Positions 1-9,079 are shown, counted from the first letter of the stretch. The stretch: 46,909 nucleotides of DNA from Minisyncoccia bacterium (GCA_041499075.1 JBGQJN010000004.1:1-46909), one strand, 5' to 3'. Notes: generated by a model from the letters alone, not told the origin. Translations and numbers: made by a program.

Positions 1-19
1 CTTATTATTTTCAAACCCA

Positions 20-337
20 ATGGAAACAGCGCCTTATTTTATGGCAAAAATGACTCTTTATTTTGTATTTTCAATCATATTTCTTTCTATTTTCAACTTA
101 AAGGAAAAAGAATTTATTAAAGTATCGACTGCAGGAGTTAGCGTTGCCTTGATGTGGGGCGTGTATTATAACATCTTCCCTGCAATCTTCGACTATTATC
201 CCTTTGGGATTCCCCTGCGTGGTTTAACTTTTTTGGGAATGGGGCTTTTTGGAACCGGCCTGGCCTTTGGAATCGTCCATACCCTTGCATTTATGGGAGG
301 GTATTATTCAGCCAAATTTTTAATAAAAAACTTCTAG
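20..337 (+). CDS. small hydrophobic (about 3 TM) hypothetical membrane protein. It may be 5'-partial because the frame is open back to the window edge.
   Basis: ORF track. The translation is dominated by hydrophobic stretches and no recognisable SD was seen. Confidence 0.4.
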   Translation: METAPYFMAKMTLYFVFSIIFLSIFNLKEKEFIKVSTAGVSVALMWGVYYNIFPAIFDYYPFGIPLRGLTFLGMGLFGTGLAFGIVHTLAFMGGYYSAKFLIKNF

Positions 338-348
338 ATTTGGACCTT

Positions 349-1365
349 TTACTTTTTCTTCTCTTCGTTAAGAAAATTCTGTATGTCGCTGACCGTACCC
401 ATAAGTTGAGCCGGGAATATAATAGTAGAATTTTTTTCGGTTGCAATTTCGGCAAGGGTTTGCAAATTACGCAATTGAAGAGCTATCGGATGGGCCATCA
501 TAATGTCGGCTGTATCGGCCAGCTTCTGAGCCGAGAGGAATTCGCCTTCGGCAGAAATAATCTTAGCCCTCTTCTCCCGTTCAGCTTCAGCTTGTTTGGC
601 AATCGCTCTTTGCATGTCATCCGGTAACTGTATGTCTTTTATCTCCACGGAACTCACAACAACGCCCCAGCTTTCAGTGTAGCTGTCCAGAATTTTTGTA
701 ATTTCCGAGTTTATTGTTTCTCTTTCAGAAAGAATTTCGTCCAACTGAAATTTACCGACAATATTGCGCAATGAAGTTTGGGCAATCTGATCAATCGCCG
801 CTTCAACATTCTGGATCGCAACGATGCTTTTGATCACGTCAACAATCCGATAGTACGCTACCGCCGAAACATCTACCGAAACGTTATCCTTGGTAATGAT
901 TTTTTGAGCCGGCACCGGCAAAGTAACGGTTCGGAGGTCAATTTTTATGTTTAGTATAGGAATTTTCATATATGGCCAAAAACCGATTCCGTGCAAAAAC
1001 AAACCGGTGGCTATAAAAGGAATTAGGTAAAATGTATCTAACCATAAGAGTCCGCAATTGACACCGCTGCCAAGGAAGTAGTTAAGAACGAAATAAATCA
1101 TATATTCGAAAATGTAAAAAACTCCACCTCCAACGAAGCTATTGAATACAGGCGTAAAACCGTTATCAGAATTAAATGAGTGCGCATTCCTGGTGATAAT
1201 TTCTACCGTCACCCAAACAATAAGTGCCGGAATAATTAAGTACCAGTAGTGCGAAAAGGCAAAAGAAATCCAAAACCAAACACCAGAAATAACTGTGTGC
1301 GGTATGTCATTTATTACTGAACATAGTTGGCCTAGTGGTTGCATGATATTTATACTGCTTAGCAA
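349..1365 (-). CDS. SPFH/band-7 (stomatin/prohibitin-like) protein with an N-terminal multi-TM region
   Basis: The C-terminal two-thirds read as an SPFH domain (…VDVSAVAYYRIVD…QLDEILSERE…AEAEREKRAKIISAEGE…). The N-terminal ~130 aa are hydrophobic. Confidence 0.85.
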   Translation of the reverse strand: MLSSINIMQPLGQLCSVINDIPHTVISGVWFWISFAFSHYWYLIIPALIVWVTVEIITRNAHSFNSDNGFTPVFNSFVGGGVFYIFEYMIYFVLNYFLGSGVNCGLLWLDTFYLIPFIATGLFLHGIGFWPYMKIPILNIKIDLRTVTLPVPAQKIITKDNVSVDVSAVAYYRIVDVIKSIVAIQNVEAAIDQIAQTSLRNIVGKFQLDEILSERETINSEITKILDSYTESWGVVVSSVEIKDIQLPDDMQRAIAKQAEAEREKRAKIISAEGEFLSAQKLADTADIMMAHPIALQLRNLQTLAEIATEKNSTIIFPAQLMGTVSDIQNFLNEEKKK

Positions 1366-1431
1366 AAATCATACTTGGCTTCAAGATTTTGAGCCAGAAA
1401 CCCATCTAGGTCTTTCGTACGATGTCCTACT

Positions 1432-1505
1432 TGGCTGCGGGACTTGGACTCGAACCAAGATACTGGGCTTCAAAGGCCCATGTCCTACCATTAGACGATC
1501 CCGCA
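1432..1505 (-). tRNA. tRNA-Gln (anticodon UUG)
   Basis: Reverse complement of 1432-1505 folds as a cloverleaf. The acceptor stem TGCGGGA/TCCCGCA has 7 bp. The T arm is CTTGG-TTCGAGT-CCAAG. The anticodon stem is TGGGC/GCCCA with loop CTTTGAA, giving anticodon TTG. A 3' GCCA tail is encoded. Confidence 0.85.
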
Positions 1506-1532
1506 AAATGTCCCGGCTTTACCGGGACATTT
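1506..1532. terminator. perfect 11-12 bp hairpin (aaatgtcccgg-cttta-ccgggacattt). It abuts the tRNA 5' end and lies downstream of the 1617..2690 gene.
   Basis: The inverted repeat is seen directly and is flanked by A/T runs. It could terminate the 1617 gene or act as a tRNA processing signal. Confidence 0.4.
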
Positions 1533-1616
1533 TGCCCCGAGCGTAGCCGAGGGACTACATTATTTTCTAATTTTACAACAAAAAAGTGCCTAAATCAAAC
1601 CTCTTCCCTATCCCGG

Positions 1617-2690
1617 CTAGTCTTCATCGGCGTGTTCCAGCTCCTGCTTTCGGAAATAATATCGGTACAAAATCCAGCCGATGGGCATCGGCAACCAGAA
1701 AGTAAACGCCCGTAGAAGCAGGGTTGCAACAAAGGCCGGCCCAGCCGGTACGCCGAATGAAATGAACATCAAAGTCATGCCGCCTTCATATATGCCTAAC
1801 GCCCCCGGAATGAACGAGAGCATGGAGATGAAAGCCGTCAAAGTAAAAACAATGAAAGCAATGGAGAAATTAATTTTGGAGCCGAGAGCCAGGGCAATGA
1901 AATAGAGCGTGACTACGTCAAACAGCAAAACCATCAGTTGCCAGGCATAAGCCATCAAAAAATGCCGCCGATGCATTTTGAGCATTCTCCAGTTAAGCGT
2001 CGTCTTAAACTGGTCAATCACCATTGCGGTATGGTGGCCAGCCTGACCCTCACCGTTCTCACCGTTTTTATTTTTTTTTTTAAAAAAATTCTTTGCCTTA
2101 TTGATTAGCCAGCGCGCGATTTTGCCTCGGCTGCGACCCTGAAGCATAAAGAAAATCACGATTGCAATGAAGGCAAAAAAAACGAAGCCATAGACAAAAA
2201 ACCTTATTCCCGGATGATAGCCCAAAACATCGCCTCGAAAAATAAGAAATGATGAAACAACAAAAAAAGTGCCGAAAGCCAGATACAAAGTTGCCAGTTC
2301 AAGAATAGCGCGGCCGATACCTTCGGCAACCGAAAGGCCGAACTTTTTAAGGTAATTGATGAAAAAGACCTGCCCGGAGAAACCGGCCGAAGGCAAGGCT
2401 TGATTAAGAAATTGAATGACAAAAGTACGCGGAAAGAGTTCTTTGACGCTGACATCCAGATCTTTGACTTTCAACACGTCCCGATAGTTAAGGGCGATGA
2501 AGTAATAGGTGCCGAGCTGGGCTAAAGCGGCCGAGATAATCCAAAAAGAATCAGCGCGACGAAAGGCATTCTCTATCAGTTCAAATTCGGAGAATCTCAA
2601 GTAAATTAAAACAAGCGCCGCCAGGGTAATAAAGTAAAATAGGAACCGCCGAAGGCTGATGTGCGGCCTGGCTGAAAATGAGTAACTCAT
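1617..2690 (-). CDS. integral membrane protein, flippase-like domain (LPG-synthase TM region / UPF0104-like)
   Basis: About 8 TM segments. The C-terminal motif …FIPGALGIYEGGMTLMF…LLLRAFTFWLP… is typical of PF03706-type proteins. The stop overlaps the dnaX start by 4 nt. Confidence 0.55.
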   Translation of the reverse strand: MSYSFSARPHISLRRFLFYFITLAALVLIYLRFSEFELIENAFRRADSFWIISAALAQLGTYYFIALNYRDVLKVKDLDVSVKELFPRTFVIQFLNQALPSAGFSGQVFFINYLKKFGLSVAEGIGRAILELATLYLAFGTFFVVSSFLIFRGDVLGYHPGIRFFVYGFVFFAFIAIVIFFMLQGRSRGKIARWLINKAKNFFKKKNKNGENGEGQAGHHTAMVIDQFKTTLNWRMLKMHRRHFLMAYAWQLMVLLFDVVTLYFIALALGSKINFSIAFIVFTLTAFISMLSFIPGALGIYEGGMTLMFISFGVPAGPAFVATLLLRAFTFWLPMPIGWILYRYYFRKQELEHADED

Positions 2691-3763
2691 TTGACTAACT
2701 CCAATATCGCAAGCTCAACTGGCAGTTGCGGCACCGGAGAAAATTTCAATTCGCTCGCGGCTTTGACAAAAAGATTTATCACTTTAATCAAAAATTCCGG
2801 CTGTTCCGATCGGGCATCGTTTGAACTTACCGCCACCGGCCGGCTCAAAAGAGCTATCAGCTTCTCCCTGGTGTAAAGCACGAACTGCTCCAGGAAATGA
2901 TGCAGATCGGCGCCGGCTTCATAGATCTGCGCGACTTGAACCAAAGCTTCATGGGATTTCCTCTCGGCAATGAGATTAAGCAGACTCTGATGCACTTGAT
3001 CGGGCACGATACCGAGAGTTTCGGCCGTATCCTGCAGTGAAATCTGCGGCCTTGAGGCATACGAAATCAGCTTGGTCAGCGACGATTCAGCGTCACGCAA
3101 AGAACCGGAGGCGTGTGAGGCAATCAGCGCCAGAACCCCGTCTTCTATTTTTAATTTTTCAGTGACCGCGATTTCGGCAAGTTTTTTCTGGATCTGTTCC
3201 AGGGTTATTTTCTTGAAATCAAATCTCTGGACGCGCGAGAGGACGGTCTCCGGCACCTTGTGGGCTTCGGTTGTCGCCAAAATGAAAATAACATGCGAAG
3301 GCGGCTCTTCAAGTATTTTAAGCAAGGCATTGAACGCCGGCGGCGTGAGCATGTGCACCTCGTCAACGATGAAGACTTTGTAATTCGCGCCCGGTGCCGC
3401 CACTTGGGCGGATTCTTTCAAATTTCTGATCTCATCAATTCCCCGGTTGGAGGCGGCATCTATCTCGATCAGGTCAAGCGAGTTGCCGTTATCAACTGCC
3501 GTGCAAAAATTGCAGTCGCAAGGCGAAGATTTCTTCTTGATCTTAGGCGGTACGGAGTGAAGATCGTTATATAAACAGTTTAACTCTTTCGCCAGAAGCC
3601 TGGCCATCGTCGTTTTACCGGTGCCTCTTGGCCCGCAAAAAAGATAGGCATGGCCGATTCTGCCTGACATAAGCGCACCCTGCAGAGTACGCACGACGTG
3701 TTCCTGGCCCTCTACTTCATCAAAGGTCTTAGGACGATATTTGCGATATAGAACTTGGGTCAT
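2687..3763 (-). CDS. dnaX: DNA polymerase III subunit gamma (gamma-length DnaX, no tau C-terminal domains)
   Basis: N-terminus YRKYRPKTFDEV…GHAYLFCGPRGTGKTT. Cys cluster CDCNFC. Walker B and sensor IFIVDEVHML…ATTE. The protein is only 358 aa. Confidence 0.93.
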   Translation of the reverse strand: MTQVLYRKYRPKTFDEVEGQEHVVRTLQGALMSGRIGHAYLFCGPRGTGKTTMARLLAKELNCLYNDLHSVPPKIKKKSSPCDCNFCTAVDNGNSLDLIEIDAASNRGIDEIRNLKESAQVAAPGANYKVFIVDEVHMLTPPAFNALLKILEEPPSHVIFILATTEAHKVPETVLSRVQRFDFKKITLEQIQKKLAEIAVTEKLKIEDGVLALIASHASGSLRDAESSLTKLISYASRPQISLQDTAETLGIVPDQVHQSLLNLIAERKSHEALVQVAQIYEAGADLHHFLEQFVLYTREKLIALLSRPVAVSSNDARSEQPEFLIKVINLFVKAASELKFSPVPQLPVELAILELVK

Positions 3764-4373
3764 TTCTCTTAAAGACTATAAGCCGAAAGCCGACAAAATT
3801 CCAGAGCAGGGAAATGACCGTGCCGCCGACTGCGGCAATGTTGTTCCAGCTTAATTGGGTGAAACCGAACTTAGGCGCAATCAGAAATATGACGGCTGAA
3901 GTTATGCCGACGTTTATCAAGGCTCCGACAATGTTAACAACGATAAACTTGATAAATTCCTTGGCTTTATTTTCGGCGGAAGAGCCGGCATGAAAGGCCC
4001 AGTATTTATTCCAAAAGTAGCTGTTGGTAACAGCGATTACAAATGAAATTGTCTTAAATGAAGAAACGAATGGCCCTTGCTCAATGCCCGTAATATACAT
4101 CAACAGATTAAAAACGGCGAAATCAATTCCGGTGTTAAGGAAGCCGACCATGACATATTTGGCAAGCGAAGAAAAAAATGCGATGCGCCGGCCAAGCCAA
4201 TCGCCCAAGTACAAACCAAAAACATATCCAAGCGGCACAATAACAATCAGCCCCCAGACAGCCCAGCCGAATCCCAATTTATCAAACGTGCCAAGCCGCA
4301 AAAAAACTCCGCCCCAAACTACAGCCGTCAGCAAACCAACAATTATTGTCAGAAAAATATCTTTTTTAGGCAT
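3729..4373 (-). CDS. GtrA-family membrane protein (polyprenyl-phosphate sugar translocation-associated)
   Basis: …KYVMVGFLNTGIDFAVFNLL…NSYFWNKYWAF… is the GtrA-like signature. It has 4-6 TM and overlaps the dnaX start by 35 nt in another frame. Confidence 0.75.
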   Translation of the reverse strand: MPKKDIFLTIIVGLLTAVVWGGVFLRLGTFDKLGFGWAVWGLIVIVPLGYVFGLYLGDWLGRRIAFFSSLAKYVMVGFLNTGIDFAVFNLLMYITGIEQGPFVSSFKTISFVIAVTNSYFWNKYWAFHAGSSAENKAKEFIKFIVVNIVGALINVGITSAVIFLIAPKFGFTQLSWNNIAAVGGTVISLLWNFVGFRLIVFKRNDPSSISQISS

Positions 4374-6799
4374 TATTTATACTTGGCTGTTATTTCCGCT
4401 TCAACCTCTTCTCTGGGGCGGCCGTACTTGAGACGGGACATCTCTTTGAGCGCCGCCGCCATTTCAGGCGAACCGGCGCCGAAGACTCGCTCGGTTTCTA
4501 TAATAATATTGAAGGGTCTCGCCGTCTGGCCATTAATTAAAAGGTTAACATATGCGTTGAGATTGTCTATATTGGTAAGGTCTTGCGGCGTGAAAACCGG
4601 CTCAAACTTGTTTTTCATGAATTCGGCGTCATCGGGACTGATGCGGAAAGCGACAATCGAACCGACATTGCCGAAGACCGCGTCGCGGATATTTTCCTTG
4701 AGCTGTTTGATGAACTGATGAGCAATAATCAAACTTAAACGATACTTGCGGGCTTCAGATAATATGGTCGAGATGCTGTCGGTCGTGAAATTCTGGAACT
4801 CGTCCATGTAGAGGTAAAAATCTTTGCGAGCGCGCTCATCTGGGATATCAATCCGTGAAAGAGCGGCACGCAACATCTTGCCGACAATCAGCAAACCAAT
4901 AAAACTGGCATTGAGATCGCCGATCTTGCCTTTGGACAGATTGACTATCAGTATTTTCTGGCCATCCATTACTTCTCGGAAATTGAAGGCGCTTTTTTTC
5001 TGGTTGATTATCGGCCGCAGGAACTCATTAAAAATGAAGTTGTTGAGTTTGGAAGTAATGTAGGGCGAAAAATTAGAAAGACTTTGATCACCAGTCGCTT
5101 TTTCCGCTTCTAATTCCCAGAATTCCTTAACCAGCGGGTTGGTTTCGCGGCTTAATTTATCGGCGCGATAGTCATCATCATTGAGCACGCGCGAAACATC
5201 AGCCAGTACCGGCACATCGTGTTCGTAATCATCCAGCAAAAGATAGAGTGAATTCTTGAAATACTTTTCAAACATCGGCCCGCCGGTTTCTTTGAGATCA
5301 TAAAGCTTGTCCATGATACCGAAAAGTTCGTCTATGATCATCGTCTTCTGCTCGGGATGAGACGGGTCCATCTCAAGCATGTTGAGTCCCATTGGGCGTT
5401 CAATACTGCCGGGATCAAAGTAGATGATGTCCTCGGCGCGTTCACGCGGCACAACCGAGAGAGCAAATTCAGCAAATTCGCCGTGCGGATCAATCAAGCA
5501 GACGCCTTTGCCGTTTTCAATATCCTGCCTGATCATGGCCTTCATCAAAGTTGATTTACCGGTACCGGTCTGACCGATTACGTAGAGATGCCGCCTGCGG
5601 TCATCATCAGTCATTCTGACACTTATGTCTTGGCCACGGAAAACATTGCGGCCAAGGACGATGCCTTCTTGCGGCAGATTAGCCGGCGGTTCGGCCATCT
5701 TAGATTTGAGGAATTTGACCTTCGGCGCGGCGGTGTTGGCAATGGGTAAATGGTAAAGACTGGCAATCTCTTCCGTGGACATCGTCATTGTCTGGTTATC
5801 TTCAAAAAGCCTGAAGGAAAAATCATAAATCAGCCGGTCAAGATTTTTACCATTCAGGCGGTTGGGCTTGAGACTGTTAATGTCCGGTGAAGAGTATTGC
5901 ACAAACGAACCTTCAAATTCACTAAGTATTTGCTCGGCCCGCGGCAATGACGCTGCCGAGGCAATCAAACGGACATTGACATCAAAACTTGGTTTACTTG
6001 CCTTGGCGGTAATCGCTTTGATCACTTCCTCGTCGGCCGGTGTGACAACTTTTGGTTTTTCCGGTTCCGGCGGCTTATCCGGATCAGGCTTCTTGGGCTT
6101 AGGCGGATGCTTAGCACGTTGTAGTGCCTCTTTGAACTGATAGCCGGACTGCATTTCACGGGAAACTTTAGTCGCCAGAGATTTTTGAGAATCGGCATGG
6201 CTGGGGCGTATCAGCATCTGGAATGCCGCGCCTTCACCCTCGGCTTGTAACTTTGACATAGAGGTCAGAATGCCGCCAATCGGATCTGATTCCATTTTCT
6301 GATAAGTCTTGATCGGTAAAATTGGGTCAGCCGCGTATCTTAAATAGGAGCCGGTGCTGGCACCTTCGGGATTGAAGATATTATAATCCTTGGCCCGGCT
6401 GACTTCTGCCGTCGGATAGAAACTGTAAATCTGCTTCTCTATAATATCATCGTTGCTTTTAGGTACAGCAATGTAGATATGTGTTTCCTCACCGATATGA
6501 TGAACGGCCATTTCCAAGGCAACATAAGGTTCACCGTAAACGAACTTATTCCAACCCTTGGAGTGTATATTAGAAAAGCCTGTCACTAACTGCTCGCCGA
6601 TGGCTATGAGCTCTTTGTCCGGACGCTGGCTACTGCCTGATGAGCCGCTGGGCGCTTCACGCGGCACACGTATCAAAAAAAGTGTCATATTGAGCGCGCG
6701 CTCAACTTGACCTTTGGTGCGCATGCCGCCGACCACGATCAAAGCGGCGACAGCTATCGCTATCAGCAAAACGAAAAGAATTATGAGTAAGATTATCAC
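4373..6799 (-). CDS. FtsK/HerA/VirD4-like P-loop ATPase (type IV secretion / DNA-translocation-type, DUF87-like). It has an N-terminal TM anchor and a Pro/Lys-rich linker.
   Basis: Walker A YVIGQTGTGKST followed by CLIDPHGEF. Walker B FYLYMDEFQNF. N-terminal TM helix. A PKPKKPDPDKPPEPEKPK linker. GTG start. Confidence 0.7.
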   Translation of the reverse strand: MIILLIILFVLLIAIAVAALIVVGGMRTKGQVERALNMTLFLIRVPREAPSGSSGSSQRPDKELIAIGEQLVTGFSNIHSKGWNKFVYGEPYVALEMAVHHIGEETHIYIAVPKSNDDIIEKQIYSFYPTAEVSRAKDYNIFNPEGASTGSYLRYAADPILPIKTYQKMESDPIGGILTSMSKLQAEGEGAAFQMLIRPSHADSQKSLATKVSREMQSGYQFKEALQRAKHPPKPKKPDPDKPPEPEKPKVVTPADEEVIKAITAKASKPSFDVNVRLIASAASLPRAEQILSEFEGSFVQYSSPDINSLKPNRLNGKNLDRLIYDFSFRLFEDNQTMTMSTEEIASLYHLPIANTAAPKVKFLKSKMAEPPANLPQEGIVLGRNVFRGQDISVRMTDDDRRRHLYVIGQTGTGKSTLMKAMIRQDIENGKGVCLIDPHGEFAEFALSVVPRERAEDIIYFDPGSIERPMGLNMLEMDPSHPEQKTMIIDELFGIMDKLYDLKETGGPMFEKYFKNSLYLLLDDYEHDVPVLADVSRVLNDDDYRADKLSRETNPLVKEFWELEAEKATGDQSLSNFSPYITSKLNNFIFNEFLRPIINQKKSAFNFREVMDGQKILIVNLSKGKIGDLNASFIGLLIVGKMLRAALSRIDIPDERARKDFYLYMDEFQNFTTDSISTILSEARKYRLSLIIAHQFIKQLKENIRDAVFGNVGSIVAFRISPDDAEFMKNKFEPVFTPQDLTNIDNLNAYVNLLINGQTARPFNIIIETERVFGAGSPEMAAALKEMSRLKYGRPREEVEAEITAKYK

Positions 6800-6805
6800 G
6801 GTGTT

Positions 6806-6965
6806 AGCTTGGCGTGGCTATACCTTCTATCACCATTTGCAACCCCACCGAGGTTGCTGCATTCCGTTGAAGTTGTGGATTTTGCTCGCAGTGGCGAATT
6901 GTACTACTCGCAGCCATGGAAATCCACAGCTTCAACGGTGCTATAAGATATAGCCCCGCCAAGCT
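6806..6965. other. 160-nt nested inverted-repeat element. Candidate structured RNA, regulatory element or MITE-like element.
   Basis: Outer arms agcttggcgtggctata (6806-6822) and tatagccccgccaagct (6949-6965) pair over 17 bp with 1 mismatch. Inner arms ccgttgaagttgtggattt (6864-6882) and aaatccacagcttcaacgg (6920-6938) pair over 19 bp with 1 mismatch. That inner mismatch is a G·U pair only in a plus-strand transcript. Confidence 0.35.
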
Positions 6966-6977
6966 ACTTTGTTACGG

Positions 6978-7430
6978 TTAGAGTTTTTGTAATTTCCCGC
7001 GCTCAACCAATTGGTTATACAGTTCATCAACTAGTGCATCGTGAAAAGCATCAATCAAAGCGGCGTTATTGGTGGCACGCGCCTGCTTAATGGCGCCGTC
7101 TATGCTTTGGGTAAAAGCAAGATTTACCAGCTCTTGGACCTTGCCCTTGAGTTCATCGGATAAGTAAGATGGTGGCTCTACGATCGGCGGCGGAGTAACG
7201 ACTGGTTGTTGCGAGTCGGCTGGCTGTGATACCGGCACTTGAGTAGTCGGCGGAAAAGTGTTGCCGACTATCTCGCGCAGGGTTTCTTTTTCATTGGGGA
7301 TTTCGGTGATTTCACCGGCTTGTTGTTGCTCTTCAAGAGCCGCCCTTTTGGACGCCAAAGCCTGCTCTATTTGAGCTATTTCCTGTTCCAACGTATTCGA
7401 CTGTCCGCCTATCGGAGCACTTTCTGCCAT
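6978..7430 (-). CDS. hypothetical protein with an N-terminal coiled-coil and a central Pro/Gln-rich segment
   Basis: ORF track. EQEIAQIEQALASKRAALEEQQQ is followed by PPTTQVPVSQPADSQQPVVTPPPIVEPP. Confidence 0.55.
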   Translation of the reverse strand: MAESAPIGGQSNTLEQEIAQIEQALASKRAALEEQQQAGEITEIPNEKETLREIVGNTFPPTTQVPVSQPADSQQPVVTPPPIVEPPSYLSDELKGKVQELVNLAFTQSIDGAIKQARATNNAALIDAFHDALVDELYNQLVERGKLQKL

Positions 7431-7522
7431 ACATTTATATTATACATTCAAGCCTTAACAAAAACAAAGGCCGCCTTTCGCAATCGGCTGTTAATAATTA
7501 TGTTTTTAAACGGTCTGATGAG

Positions 7523-7531
7523 TGCTATAAT
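7523..7531 (+). promoter_or_regulatory. extended -10 element TGcTATAAT, 6 nt upstream of the GTG start of the GT39 gene
   Basis: Sequence tgctataat at 7523-7531. No SD-like sequence lies between it and 7538. Confidence 0.3.
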
Positions 7532-7537
7532 GGTATT

Positions 7538-9079
7538 GTGAAAGTAAGATACTTCGTTCTATCAATAATAATGCTTGTGGCAGTGGTTTTTAGGTTCAAT
7601 CAGATCACTTCGATCCCACCCGGCCTCTATCCTGATGAAGCCATGGAAGGCAATAATGCCGTTCAAGCGCTTGAAACCGGACACTATCAAGTTTACTACA
7701 CCGAAAATAACGGACGCGAGGGATTGTTTGTCAATCTGGTAGCTTTCTCAATTGCTTTCTTCGGCAATCACGCTTGGTCAATAAGAATCGTCTCCGCCAT
7801 CGCCGGTACATTGACCGTGCTCGGCTTGTATCTCTTAACCTCGAGACTGTTTAACTGGCAGGTCGGCGCCTTATCAAGTTATCTGATGGCAATCTCTTTC
7901 TGGCACGTTAATTTTTCAAGGATCGGCTTCCGGGCGGTTTTAGCACCCATGTTCTTGGTTTGGGGTTTCTATTTTTTGTGGCGAGGTTTGTCTTCAAGCC
8001 GGTTTTGGAACTTTGCGGTAAGTGGTCTGGCCTGGGGACTCGGCTTTTACACCTACATTTCTTTTCGAGCCATGCCTTTAGTGCTCGTCATAATGCTTTT
8101 GGTATACTGGCAAGCCATCAAAAAAGATTTTAGCCACGAAAAATATATGGAGACCCGTAACCGGATCATCCGCGGTCTGGCGCTTTTCATGGTTATTACC
8201 ATACTTGTTGCTCTGCCGATAGGTTACTACTTCTACACGCATCCGGCTGATTTTTCGGTCCGCACCGGCCAGTTGTCTATTTTTAACTCGTCGCATCCCT
8301 GGCAATTACTGGTATCCAATACTATCAAAACTCTGGGTATGTTTAATTTTATCGGAGATTGGAACTGGCGACATAATCTCGCCGGCAGTCCAGAATTACT
8401 CTGGCCGGTGGGAGCTTTGTTTGTTTTAGGATTTCTAAGGAGTTGTATTAAGCTGTTCAAAACCAAGCGTTCACACGGACATTTCTCGGCAATACATGCC
8501 ATGCTTTTGTCATGGTTTTTTGTGGCATTACTGCCGGTTGTACTTTCAAATGAAGGCATTCCTCATGCCTTGAGAGCGATTATCGTCGTGCCGGTAGTTT
8601 TCATTTTCGCCGGCGAGGGCTTATGGTGGATCATGGATAAGCTCGGCGATTGGTATTATACACGCGACGTCCACGAGTATTCAATAAAAAATCACTGGAT
8701 GCGCGAAAGCACTTTTGCTTCACTGGTTGCGGTTATACTACTGCTTGCCTCTTTTACCATCGTCGAATACAACAAATACTTCAACCAATGGGCCAAAGAT
8801 CCCAATACCGCTGCTTATTTTAATACAAATTATATGACTATAGGCGACAAGCTGAACTCAATGCCGACTAACATTAAAAAATATGTTTTGATTAATGCCG
8901 GCGGCATACTGGTCAATGACATACCTATGCCGGCACAGACCGTGATGTATCTTACCGATACTTGGACACCAGAGAAGCAAGCCGCCAAAAACATTTATTA
9001 TTTAACGGAAGAACAATATAAGGCCGGGGAGTATGACAAGCGATCAGTGGTAATCCCATTAGAGCCGCTTCGCCAATGA
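7538..9079 (+). CDS. GT-C fold membrane glycosyltransferase (GT39/GT83 PMT/ArnT-like)
   Basis: N-terminal loop YPDEAMEGNNA. It has about 11-12 TM and a C-terminal soluble domain. Overall architecture is that of dolichyl/undecaprenyl-phosphate-sugar dependent mannosyl/arabinosyl transferases. Confidence 0.8.
   Translation: MKVRYFVLSIIMLVAVVFRFNQITSIPPGLYPDEAMEGNNAVQALETGHYQVYYTENNGREGLFVNLVAFSIAFFGNHAWSIRIVSAIAGTLTVLGLYLLTSRLFNWQVGALSSYLMAISFWHVNFSRIGFRAVLAPMFLVWGFYFLWRGLSSSRFWNFAVSGLAWGLGFYTYISFRAMPLVLVIMLLVYWQAIKKDFSHEKYMETRNRIIRGLALFMVITILVALPIGYYFYTHPADFSVRTGQLSIFNSSHPWQLLVSNTIKTLGMFNFIGDWNWRHNLAGSPELLWPVGALFVLGFLRSCIKLFKTKRSHGHFSAIHAMLLSWFFVALLPVVLSNEGIPHALRAIIVVPVVFIFAGEGLWWIMDKLGDWYYTRDVHEYSIKNHWMRESTFASLVAVILLLASFTIVEYNKYFNQWAKDPNTAAYFNTNYMTIGDKLNSMPTNIKKYVLINAGGILVNDIPMPAQTVMYLTDTWTPEKQAAKNIYYLTEEQYKAGEYDKRSVVIPLEPLRQ

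Noticed and set aside
1295-1715. ORFs 1295..1546(+) and 1422..1715(+) from the six-frame track
   Set aside because: They overlap the tRNA-Gln gene and the flanking hairpin. Their translations are low-complexity read-through of structured RNA sequence.
7514-7545. Hammerhead-ribozyme-like core CUGAUGA…GAAA
   Set aside because: The intervening sequence cannot form stem II because its flanks are GUG/GUG. The motif coincides with the TGcTATAAT promoter element.
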